Positions 37,964 through 46,033 of a DNA stretch of 46,033 nucleotides are shown here, piece by piece. How positions within the stretch are numbered: the stretch's first letter is position 1; the number at the start of each line of letters is the position of its first letter. Below the pieces are notes generated by a model, which was not told the DNA's origin, searched no databases, and saw only the letters and a program-made list of their open reading frames with translations. A program made the position numbers and the translations under genes. Origin of the DNA: an uncultured archaeon (GTDB taxonomy: Archaea; Asgardarchaeota; Heimdallarchaeia; Heimdallarchaeales; Heimdallarchaeaceae); NCBI GenBank assembly GCA_964549075.1, contig CAZJUB010000008.1, positions 23,077-69,109 of the forward strand, read 5' to 3'.

Positions 37964-38218
37964 ATGATTTGTGTGGCAGTAACTCTAGAAGAACCCATTA
38001 TTAATCAGAATCTAATAACTGGATTACCTCCCAGTGCAGTTACAATTTATAAAATAGTTATTGGAAAAGGACCCATAACTAGTAGTGAAATAGTTGATTT
38101 ATGTAGTTTAGCACCTAGAACAGTTCGACATGGTTTGAAACTTTTAGTACGTGCAGGTTTGATACAAAAATTACCTCATCTACTTGATATGAGATCATGC
38201 AAGTTTTATGTTGATTAA
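37964..38218 (+). CDS. Small winged-HTH DNA-binding protein (MarR/TrmB/Lrs14-like)
   Basis: LPPSA..IY......GP.T..EI.....LAPRTVR.GLK.L...GLI and D.R...Y wing. Confidence 0.8.
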   Translation: MICVAVTLEEPIINQNLITGLPPSAVTIYKIVIGKGPITSSEIVDLCSLAPRTVRHGLKLLVRAGLIQKLPHLLDMRSCKFYVD

Positions 38219-38265
38219 CACATATAAAACAGATATTTTAGTAAAAAATAAAAAAGGAAGTATGG

Positions 38266-40563
38266 CTATACTTCTACATCGCTTGAATGGAATAAAACAT
38301 CTCTATTTATTGCTGATTTGAAAAGTTCAAGTAATAAGTCATTTGTTGTTCTTATTGCTATTGGAACTGAATCAGGTGTTAGGAATGCGAAAATAGCTTC
38401 ATGATTTCCATCTAGTATTCCACAGAATACATCCTTTTTGTCATAATGTTTAAGCTTTAAACCTGTAAACCGTTGAACTAAAGGTCTTAACAGAGGCTGA
38501 TGTCTTTTGTCAAAATAAGATACTAATGTGATTCTTTGTGCTTTTGTATATTGCATCATTTCTTTTAGAAGATCTTCATCCACATCAGGTGTTACAAGAA
38601 GAAGTTCATATTTTGACCTCATAGCGACATCTGTTATACTTGCTTTAATAGCCTCTTCGCCAACAATAATTGAAGTATTGTGTTGTCCTTCTAAAGAATA
38701 AGAAGAAGCTGCAGAATCTACTTGACGAAGCTCATCTTCTCTTGTATTAATTACTTGATAAAAAGTCATAGATTTTTCCATTAACGAATCTAATTGTGAT
38801 ACTAATATGTCATCCACATCTTTAATCACAGAAGCAACTTGTGAAACAAGAGTATTAATTTGGATTTCTTCACCTTCAGTAACTTGCTTAATGATCTGAT
38901 CCTTTTGTTCATCTTTATAATCTTTCAGATGCTGTTTTGTTGAAGTTAGTTGCGTTGCTAATTCATTTTGCTTCTCAGAAGTTCTTTGTTTAAATTGATC
39001 TAAAGAGGTCTGAATTTTTTCTTTGACTTCTAATGCTATTTTCTCTGCATCTTGTTTAGATTTTTCAAGTTCTTTTATTGTATCATTCTGAATCTTATCT
39101 ATAATCTGTGTTTTCTCTATATCATGAGCTTTAAAATCTTGAATAGTTTGTTCTATTGTTGAAGAAAGTCTCTCTTTTGTGGTTTCTTTAAGTTGTTCTG
39201 TTACTTCTAAACAAGAATCAAAAGAAGAAGCAGCATATTTTTCAACTTGGGTTTGTATTAGATTAATCAAATCAGTTGGTAAAAGATCAATCTTCTCAAT
39301 AGCTGAACCTGTAAGCTCATTTTTCTTTGTTCTTATAGTTGTTTCACCTGCAATTTGGAAACGATCTAATTTAGTTCTTATAGTATCTCTTACATCATTG
39401 AGAGAGAGAACATATTGGTCAATTAGTTGTAAACCATTTTCATTTAAATCATTAGCTAAGTTCCTTATAGTATCTCTTGCATCAGATAATGGAGATTCAA
39501 TTTGCTTTCTAGCTTTTCCTAGCTTTAAAACTGCTGATGTGTCGATAGAATTTAATGCTTCTGCTATTTTAGAAGACAGAAAATTTGTCTGTCTATCAAT
39601 TTGCTCTACGCTTCGTCGAAGTTCTTGAGTCTTTTTAATTTGATCAGAAAAAAGAATATTGACTTCATTTGAAAGGTCCTCAATAACATTTTTCGATTCA
39701 GAAGTCCAAGAGTTATACGCTTCTTGCCAGATTTTTTGGTAATTATCAATGAATGTTTCTTGTGTTTGGGTTACTTGAGCTACTAAATCTTTGAGAACAT
39801 TATCTAGCTCGGGAGCTAATTTTTCTAAAAACTCGCTATGGTTTTCAGTATGAGCATCTAGACCATTACAGATAATTTGCAAAAGATTTTCATGAGCTGT
39901 AGTTGTTTTTTCTTCAGTTGCTTTAGCAAGCATATCACTATTTTGTTTAGCTGAATGATGAAATTGCTTCACAAAAGCGTTCAGCTCTTGAACAAAAGTT
40001 TCCAATTTTGCAGAAAACACAAAAGGTTGGTCCATAACTCTTGACAAATAACCTTGAATTTCAGCACTGCTTTCTGCTACAAATTCAGAAGCTGTAGATT
40101 CAGCTTGTTCGCTATAATCAACATAACTTTGGTACAAAGTATCAACAACTTGTTTTATTAGTCCACTAACAACGTGAATATCAAAAACAGTTCCTTCGCC
40201 TGTTAATTCTAAAGTTCCACCGAATTTTGCTTTTTTCTGTTGGTATTCTTCTTTAGAGGCTTTTAATGCTGTAATAACACCATCTAAAGAATAGAGTGCA
40301 TCCTTCTCAATTATTATATATTCTTTGAGAAAAGGTAGCATTCCAAAATATTGAGGTGTTTTACCACCAATTTTTTTCAGAAAACCTAACTCTTCCAAAT
40401 TCTTGACAGATTGGATTAGAGTTAAAGGATCTATGCCAGTTACAACTAGTAATTCTCCAATTGTAACTTTTCCAAGACCAAGTGTTGCAGAATAAACCTT
40501 GATATCAGTTTCACTAAAACCAACACGAGTTAATAAAGGTGGGAGAATATCAATTTTTGACAT
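38266..40563 (-). CDS. TrmB-like wHTH + long helical rod + C-terminal TrmB/PLD-like domain protein
   Basis: N-terminus L.RVGFSETDIKVY...LEELGFL, long Q/E/K-rich amphipathic middle, C-terminus IIVGEEAI...SKYELLLVTP...D..EAI. Confidence 0.7.
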   Translation of the reverse strand: MSKIDILPPLLTRVGFSETDIKVYSATLGLGKVTIGELLVVTGIDPLTLIQSVKNLEELGFLKKIGGKTPQYFGMLPFLKEYIIIEKDALYSLDGVITALKASKEEYQQKKAKFGGTLELTGEGTVFDIHVVSGLIKQVVDTLYQSYVDYSEQAESTASEFVAESSAEIQGYLSRVMDQPFVFSAKLETFVQELNAFVKQFHHSAKQNSDMLAKATEEKTTTAHENLLQIICNGLDAHTENHSEFLEKLAPELDNVLKDLVAQVTQTQETFIDNYQKIWQEAYNSWTSESKNVIEDLSNEVNILFSDQIKKTQELRRSVEQIDRQTNFLSSKIAEALNSIDTSAVLKLGKARKQIESPLSDARDTIRNLANDLNENGLQLIDQYVLSLNDVRDTIRTKLDRFQIAGETTIRTKKNELTGSAIEKIDLLPTDLINLIQTQVEKYAASSFDSCLEVTEQLKETTKERLSSTIEQTIQDFKAHDIEKTQIIDKIQNDTIKELEKSKQDAEKIALEVKEKIQTSLDQFKQRTSEKQNELATQLTSTKQHLKDYKDEQKDQIIKQVTEGEEIQINTLVSQVASVIKDVDDILVSQLDSLMEKSMTFYQVINTREDELRQVDSAASSYSLEGQHNTSIIVGEEAIKASITDVAMRSKYELLLVTPDVDEDLLKEMMQYTKAQRITLVSYFDKRHQPLLRPLVQRFTGLKLKHYDKKDVFCGILDGNHEAIFAFLTPDSVPIAIRTTNDLLLELFKSAINRDVLFHSSDVEV

Positions 40564-40691
40564 TTAAATCATCCTTTCTCTTTCTTGATTTAACTAGGTA
40601 GCAGTTTACTACATAAATATTGTTACAATAAAGAAGTAAGAAGGTCTACTTAAAAAGAATATACAAAAGGCAAAGAAAAATTTTTTATTTT

Positions 40692-41345
40692 CTAATTATC
40701 TTCAAGACCAACTCTTGGACAGTAATCTAACAAAAAACATTCCTGACAATTGGGATTTTGAGCTTTACAAATAGTTCGTCCATGAGAAATCAGAAGATGG
40801 TTGATTCGACCCCACTTCTCTTGCGGGATTATCTCCATAAGATCAGTTTCAATCTTAGTAGGATCAGTATGATTTGTGAAACCTAATCTACGAGAAATGC
40901 GTTTTACATGAGTATCAACTGCAATACCTTCATGGACTTTGAACCAATCATTAAGGACTACGTTAGCAGTTTTACGTCCAACGCCAGGTAACTTTATCAA
41001 ATCCTCAATAGATGAAGGTACTTGAGAGTTATAATCACTGAGAAGAATTTTTGACACTTCTTTTATGGATTTTGCTTTGCCTCGAAACAACCCAACCTTA
41101 GAAATAGCTACCTCAATTTCCTTGAGGGTTGCATTTGCGAAATCTTGTGGTTCTGGATACTTTTGAAATAGCTTTCTTGTGATAGAATTTACTTGTTTGT
41201 CAGTACTTTGAGCACTTAGGATTGTAGCAACCAACATTTGAAATGCTGAGGAATAGTTGGTTAACCCACCTTTAAATTCTGGGTAGGTCTTTTCTAAAAG
41301 GCTCAGAATAATCCGCGTTTTCTCCTCGTTTAACTTATTCATCAC
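40692..41345 (-). CDS. nth: Endonuclease III
   Basis: LVATILSAQSTD, HhH LPGVGRKTANVVL, VDTHV.R, and FeS motif C-X6-C-X2-C-X5-C. Confidence 0.96.
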   Translation of the reverse strand: MMNKLNEEKTRIILSLLEKTYPEFKGGLTNYSSAFQMLVATILSAQSTDKQVNSITRKLFQKYPEPQDFANATLKEIEVAISKVGLFRGKAKSIKEVSKILLSDYNSQVPSSIEDLIKLPGVGRKTANVVLNDWFKVHEGIAVDTHVKRISRRLGFTNHTDPTKIETDLMEIIPQEKWGRINHLLISHGRTICKAQNPNCQECFLLDYCPRVGLEDN

Positions 41346-41464
41346 GAGATATAATAATATCCTAATTTTATATCTTTTGAAGTGTAAAGTATAGATAATT
41401 TTTGTTTTATGTTAATCTTTAAGAAGCAAGAAACATTTCAACTTTCAGAGTTTGGTGATTTTAA

Positions 41465-42019
41465 ATGAATAATTTAACTGAGAAAATAACTAGAGAACAA
41501 TGGAAGAAAATTGGATACATCATACTGAAAAGTCTAATTTTTACAGGATTATTTTCGATTCTTCATTTTCTTTATACTTTGAGTCCAAATCCATTTTTTC
41601 AAGCAATTTCTGGAAAAGATGAGTCAGTTTTCCAACATTGGAAAATGGGATTTTTTGCTTATCTCATACTAATTGGATTTGATTATCTCATTATTCGGAA
41701 GAAGGTGGAAAACAGGAATTCATTCGTATTCTCGAGATTCACAACTACACTGTTAATTCCATGGATTATTTTTGTAATATGGTATTTAGCACCAGCGTTT
41801 ATAGGAGCACCACTATCATTTGGATGGGAACTAACATGGGCGTTAATAGTAGTTTTTATAACAGGTATCTTAGGGTCTATATTAGATAAAAATCTAGAAA
41901 AAGTTGAGTTTAACTTATCAGCAAAAATAATCATTATTGGCTTAGTAATAATATCTACATTCATATTCATATGGTTCTCATTTGTAAATCCTTGGATAGA
42001 TGTATTTATGGAACCATAA
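41465..42019 (+). CDS. Membrane protein (DUF6512-like)
   Basis: Five TM segments with LHFLY and ESVFQHWK motifs and a C-terminal P...F. Confidence 0.6.
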   Translation: MNNLTEKITREQWKKIGYIILKSLIFTGLFSILHFLYTLSPNPFFQAISGKDESVFQHWKMGFFAYLILIGFDYLIIRKKVENRNSFVFSRFTTTLLIPWIIFVIWYLAPAFIGAPLSFGWELTWALIVVFITGILGSILDKNLEKVEFNLSAKIIIIGLVIISTFIFIWFSFVNPWIDVFMEP

Positions 42020-42194
42020 AAAGTTCATTAAGAAATTTTAATTTTTTTATTTTTTTTTTTTGAAAAATAGTTATTAGCACGTGTAATAGTCTGAAATTTA
42101 GTTTGAAAAAATAAAAATGCAGCCAAGCGAGAAATATCAAATAATTTAAATAGTCTCCGAGAGAATAAATAAATTGTATAAAGGGGAACTTATA

Positions 42195-42764
42195 ATGGGC
42201 GCAGGACAACGTAAAATCTTTAAAATCACCCTTCTTGGTGATGGCGCAGTTGGAAAGACAAGCCTCCGTAAGACCTATCTAGGTGAGGGTTTCAAAGATG
42301 GATATTCTATGACTATAGGCGCTGATTTTGCGGTGAAACGCCTACGAATTGATGACCAAGATTTTGTTGCACAAATTTGGGATCTTGCAGGTCAGCAAAG
42401 ATTTTCCGCTGTCAGGGAAGTTTATTATCGAGGTACATCGGGATGTCTGTTGGTCTTTGATATATCTAGACGTTCAAGTTTCGAAAATATTCCATCATGG
42501 ATTGCAGAACTACTAAAGAATAATAGTAATAGGGTTGTACCAATAGTTTTGATTGGTAATAAATCAGATCTTCGAGCATCAGCTAAAGATCCTATAATGA
42601 GAGAGCAATCTGAGGAATATGCTAGATCATTATCTCAATGGTCAGGATTTACTGTTCCATATATAGAAACTTCAGCTAAAACCGGAGAAAATGTTGATGA
42701 AGCTTTCAAAACACTTCTGAAAAACATCGTTCTTTTCTACGAGAAGTTATATGCACAACAGTAA
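42195..42764 (+). CDS. Rab-like small GTPase
   Basis: GDGAVGKTS, TIGADF, WDLAGQ, YYRG, NKSD, ETSAK. Probable start is ATG 42195. Confidence 0.93.
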   Translation: MGAGQRKIFKITLLGDGAVGKTSLRKTYLGEGFKDGYSMTIGADFAVKRLRIDDQDFVAQIWDLAGQQRFSAVREVYYRGTSGCLLVFDISRRSSFENIPSWIAELLKNNSNRVVPIVLIGNKSDLRASAKDPIMREQSEEYARSLSQWSGFTVPYIETSAKTGENVDEAFKTLLKNIVLFYEKLYAQQ

Positions 42765-42787
42765 AATTTCTTTTTTATTTCGAAAAT

Positions 42788-43573
42788 TCACTCTTCTATT
42801 TTTATGTTCATAGTTTCTTCATTAAATTCGGGATGTAGAGAGACTGTACCATCCTCTTTTACCTGTAGTATTTTCATCTGTTCCAATTCAGAGATATAAC
42901 GTCTAGTTTGTGATAATGAAACACCTAAAACAAAAGAAAGTTGTATTGGTGCTATAACTCCCATTCTTCTCAATAATGATATAATGTTGAATCTTGGATC
43001 AGTGGTCACTATTCTTTGTAAAATGTTTCTTTGAGCGTTCCATTTAACTTTATCTCGTTCCAGTTCTTGTATCTTCTCTTCTACTATTTTCTTTTCTGCT
43101 TCAATAGCTACTATTTGATCTGATAATTCATAAATTAATGACTCACGTTCTTCAAGAAGCAGTTGAAGCATTTCTTTTTCTTTCTGAAAATTTGAAGAAG
43201 AGAGAGTCTTTTCACTCCCTGCAACAGATTCTGAATCTTCTATTTTTTGTATCGCTCTATTTGTTGTTTGATAGGAGGATACTGAAAACATACTTGAAAG
43301 AAAATTGAACAATCTGAAAAATTCTGCTTTCATTTCTGAGATAATAGCTTCAGAAGAATTTTCTAATAACTCATTAACATATTCAATTGCTGGAGATAGT
43401 TCTAATTGATGATATTGTTTTGATTTAGGAGTTTTTTCAACCTTAGTACGTTTTTTGGGAGTTTTGATGTTTTCTTTTAGCTCACTGACTTCTTCAGATA
43501 GCTTTGAAATTTCTGATGCTATATCAATTAATTCGGGTTCTTCTTCCTGAGTTTTTTTATCATAATCTTCCAT
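42788..43573 (-). CDS. Coiled-coil protein with C-terminal winged-HTH
   Basis: Coiled coil LLEERESLIYEL...IQELERD, then QLSFVLGVSLSQTRRYISELEQMKIL plus a beta-wing. Confidence 0.7.
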   Translation of the reverse strand: MEDYDKKTQEEEPELIDIASEISKLSEEVSELKENIKTPKKRTKVEKTPKSKQYHQLELSPAIEYVNELLENSSEAIISEMKAEFFRLFNFLSSMFSVSSYQTTNRAIQKIEDSESVAGSEKTLSSSNFQKEKEMLQLLLEERESLIYELSDQIVAIEAEKKIVEEKIQELERDKVKWNAQRNILQRIVTTDPRFNIISLLRRMGVIAPIQLSFVLGVSLSQTRRYISELEQMKILQVKEDGTVSLHPEFNEETMNIKIEE

Positions 43574-43582
43574 TTAAATCAT

Positions 43583-44419
43583 CTATATCTTCGCTGTAGA
43601 TTCTATTTTGAATCCTTCTGCTTCAGATGGAGTAATATCTAGATTTTCACTAACAAAAGCTACTCCCATCATTTTAGTTATGGCAAAGGTATCCTTAATT
43701 CTACTACCAACGGTATTTCGTGAGAAATGGAAAATACCTTGAGCTGAATTCATAATAATTCTTTCAGCTACTGGTTCTAAAACACCTTGGGGAAGTAGAA
43801 AGAAATGTACACCTCCAATCTTAGTAAAGTGTATAATTGTATTTTTCATAAAAGATATGAGCTCAGTAGAATCTTCATCTAACCTGTCTTCCTTCATCCA
43901 CAATAAATCATCAAAAACACTAAAACAATGCTTATTTTGAGATTCTTTTACATGAAGCATTCGATCTAAAATTCTATTAACATAAGTTTTTCTTTTTACT
44001 TCTATTTTTCCTAACTTTAAAGCTGATGTCATAGAAGAGCTTGATAAATCGAACATATTTTCAAAATACCAATTCTTCCCTTCGTAGGGGCTTACATCCC
44101 AATTGTATGCCCGAAAAGAATTTTGGACATGATCATAAGGACGGCTACTATGAACATAAAAAATAACGTTATTTGCTGATTGCTGAGCCCAATTAAGTAG
44201 AATTCTCTGGATAAACAAAGTTGGTATAACTGTACCAGGAGGATAACTGACGAGGATAACCGAACCTTGTGGTATTCCTCTTCTGGTTGCTAATTCCATA
44301 CCAAGTTTCTGATCTAAGGAGCGAATTCCAGTTAATATCAAATCTCCTCTGGAATCCTCAGATGCTTGTTTTTTTCCAATTCTCTCTATTCCTCCATTAG
44401 GAGCGTCCATATTCATCAA
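43583..44419 (-). CDS. RecA/KaiC-superfamily ATPase, catalytically degenerate
   Basis: ILTGIRSLDQKL...RGIPQGSVILV start. Walker A reads YPPGTVIP, Walker B reads VFDD, and KMMG replaces KMRG. Confidence 0.75.
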   Translation of the reverse strand: MMNMDAPNGGIERIGKKQASEDSRGDLILTGIRSLDQKLGMELATRRGIPQGSVILVSYPPGTVIPTLFIQRILLNWAQQSANNVIFYVHSSRPYDHVQNSFRAYNWDVSPYEGKNWYFENMFDLSSSSMTSALKLGKIEVKRKTYVNRILDRMLHVKESQNKHCFSVFDDLLWMKEDRLDEDSTELISFMKNTIIHFTKIGGVHFFLLPQGVLEPVAERIIMNSAQGIFHFSRNTVGSRIKDTFAITKMMGVAFVSENLDITPSEAEGFKIESTAKI

Positions 44420-44440
44420 ACATCCTCATAATTAAAGAGA

Positions 44441-44956
44441 TTAAAATTGTTCTAATTCCCTTAAAGCTAATTCTAAATCGGAGATGAACTCATCTTGTAC
44501 TTTCTTTTCTTCTTCAACAACAGGCTGAGGAGTCACCACAGCCACTGGTTTAGCTTCAGGAGTAATAGCTGGTTTTGCTTCGACATCTAATATGTTTCTG
44601 ATTTTTTCAGCTGCGATTTTCATAGTTCTTCTAACCATACCTAAAGCGACACCTGTATCAGTAATTAAACATAAAACAGTACTTCCACAACTTGCTACTA
44701 AAATAAGTCCATCAGAAAATTCTGAAATTATAATGTCTAGTTCCGCCAGACCAACATTTGTTCCTTGTTGTTCACTAGCCAAGTAAACTGCACTGGCTAT
44801 CGCACCTAGTGCCTCTGTTTCAAATTCATCAAAGGCAAATCGTGATGAATAAGCTAGTGTTAATCCTGTTTTATCAGCCAATATTACGTGATTTATATTG
44901 GCATCACTTGTTATAATCTCATGAAGTATTGTATTTATTTGGTCAGCACCATACAA
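44441..44956 (-). CDS. Roadblock/LC7 (MglB-like) protein with Pro-rich linker and C-terminal helix
   Basis: ILADKTGL.LA, ALGAIASAVY, L..IISEF..G.IL, LGMVR. Probable TTG start at 44956 after SD GGTGA (the ORF track starts at 45052). Confidence 0.88.
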   Translation of the reverse strand: MYGADQINTILHEIITSDANINHVILADKTGLTLAYSSRFAFDEFETEALGAIASAVYLASEQQGTNVGLAELDIIISEFSDGLILVASCGSTVLCLITDTGVALGMVRRTMKIAAEKIRNILDVEAKPAITPEAKPVAVVTPQPVVEEEKKVQDEFISDLELALRELEQF

Positions 44957-45061
44957 GTATATCACCAAGTGTTTTAGACATTTCTTATTGTCTATTATTA
45001 TTTTAAGATATATAAAGATTACAACAGCTGTAGTCTGATATATATTTATCAAGCAACGTTT

Positions 45062-45973
45062 TTAAACTACACAGTATTTCCTTTTATCATGATCATAAGT
45101 GCTAGTAGGGAGAAAATCTTCATAATTTACTCCTCTCCCAGTAAGCTGGATAGTAGAAAGTTCTACCTCTCCCATACATATTTCAACCACAAAATCGATC
45201 GTTAGATAATTAATTCCCGAATCTACTGTGAGAAGAAAGGATTCTCTTGTAAGTTGGTTTTCTAAGAACTTTCTTGTACTTCTTAACTGGTGGTTAATAT
45301 ATAGTTCGACATACTGTCTGTACGCTGTAAAATCATTTGCTAAGAAAGAAAGAGTAAGATTAATACTGTCATAATTTGCTGAGTTGTTAAAAACTGTTGT
45401 AACTGACCTTTTTTTCATCGAGGTTGTACTCCCCATAAACCTTAATAAGTCAGGAATAACAAGAAAAGAAGCAGTATCTTGTGTAATAGTTGTAGGTTCT
45501 ATTCGCTCTATAGTTGAATAACTGTAGATGTGGATCGAGCCTGTTTCATACCACAAAGAGGTTTGTGCTTCTACCGTAAGTATGACTTCTTGCTCTTCAT
45601 CAAAGTTGTCAGGATAGGCAAAAATTTGAGTTAAATTATGTCCTAGATGATCTTGGTAGAAACGTTCAACGCTAAGCACTACTTCTGTTTCTCCAAAAGT
45701 AAAAGTAATGGTTATGCCGTTACTATCGGTTTTATCTCCAGTAGTACTAAAAAGTAAGATTAAGCAATTAAAAGCATATAATTCTTCTTGGAGGGTGAAG
45801 GATGTTTGCTGCATACAGTAGGTAGAATTGTATTCAAAAGCAATGTTGGGGATGGAGATAGAATTACTACTTTGTTGAATATGATCTGAATAAGCTGGTA
45901 GACTGCTAAACCTTAGGACAAAAAAAATCACGAATAGTAGAACTCCTAGATTTCTCAGCTTGCATTTTCTCAT
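45062..45973 (-). CDS. Secreted beta-rich protein, possibly truncated
   Basis: Basic N-terminus and hydrophobic signal peptide, N-x-S/T sequons, no C-terminal anchor. The start codon lies inside a tandem repeat. Confidence 0.6.
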   Translation of the reverse strand: MRKCKLRNLGVLLFVIFFVLRFSSLPAYSDHIQQSSNSISIPNIAFEYNSTYCMQQTSFTLQEELYAFNCLILLFSTTGDKTDSNGITITFTFGETEVVLSVERFYQDHLGHNLTQIFAYPDNFDEEQEVILTVEAQTSLWYETGSIHIYSYSTIERIEPTTITQDTASFLVIPDLLRFMGSTTSMKKRSVTTVFNNSANYDSINLTLSFLANDFTAYRQYVELYINHQLRSTRKFLENQLTRESFLLTVDSGINYLTIDFVVEICMGEVELSTIQLTGRGVNYEDFLPTSTYDHDKRKYCVV

Positions 45974-46033
45974 TATCTAGCTTGCATTTTCTCATTATCT
46001 AGCTTGCATTTTCTCATTATCTAGCTTGCATTT
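45957..46033. repeat. Perfect 22-bp tandem repeat, 3.5 copies, running off the window
   Basis: AGCTTGCATTTTCTCATTATCT at 45957, 45979 and 46001, partial at 46023. Confidence 0.95.

Noticed and set aside
39179-39628. 149-aa ORF and the other short nested or antisense ORFs in the track (e.g. 5150-5509, 6373-6612, 33042-33422)
   Set aside because: They lie within well-supported genes and have F/S/I/L-rich shadow composition with no motifs.
45062-45085. CaaX prenylation motif at KRKYCVV
   Set aside because: Cys is third from the end, not fourth, and the protein has a signal peptide. The tail may come from truncation.
45957-46033. CRISPR array
   Set aside because: Units are directly adjacent with no spacers, and no cas genes are seen.

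Overview
AT-rich archaeal chromosomal segment, most consistent with an Asgard archaeon (Heimdallarchaeia-like, inferred from gene content). It carries archaeal housekeeping genes: a fragmented exosome/RNase P superoperon (rrp41, rrp4, SBDS, eL15, DUF54, pop5, rpp30), uS15-GAN-pcc1-eS1, eS6, TFIIB, IleRS, ABCE1, GlmU and AglH/GPT. Several base-damage repair genes are also present (fpg/nei, nth, nfi, rdgB, radical SAM plus DUF4130). Eukaryotic-signature genes include a Cys-less UEV/ESCRT-I-like protein, a Rab-like GTPase, a roadblock protein and a WD40 protein. Main signals: (1) an intergenic box C/D sRNA whose D' guide predicts the conserved P-loop Gm2251 methylation; (2) a coiled-coil/Pro-rich protein with a PSAP motif close to the UEV gene, sharing a MIM1-like C-terminal helix with a distant roadblock protein; (3) a roadblock / dead KaiC-like ATPase / coiled-coil-wHTH operon converging on the Rab gene; (4) a catalytically dead GAN/Cdc45; (5) structured RNAs upstream of eL15 and ileS; (6) a 22-bp tandem repeat at the window end. 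No tRNA, rRNA, CRISPR array or transposase was recognised. All calls come from visual motif recognition, with no database searches.
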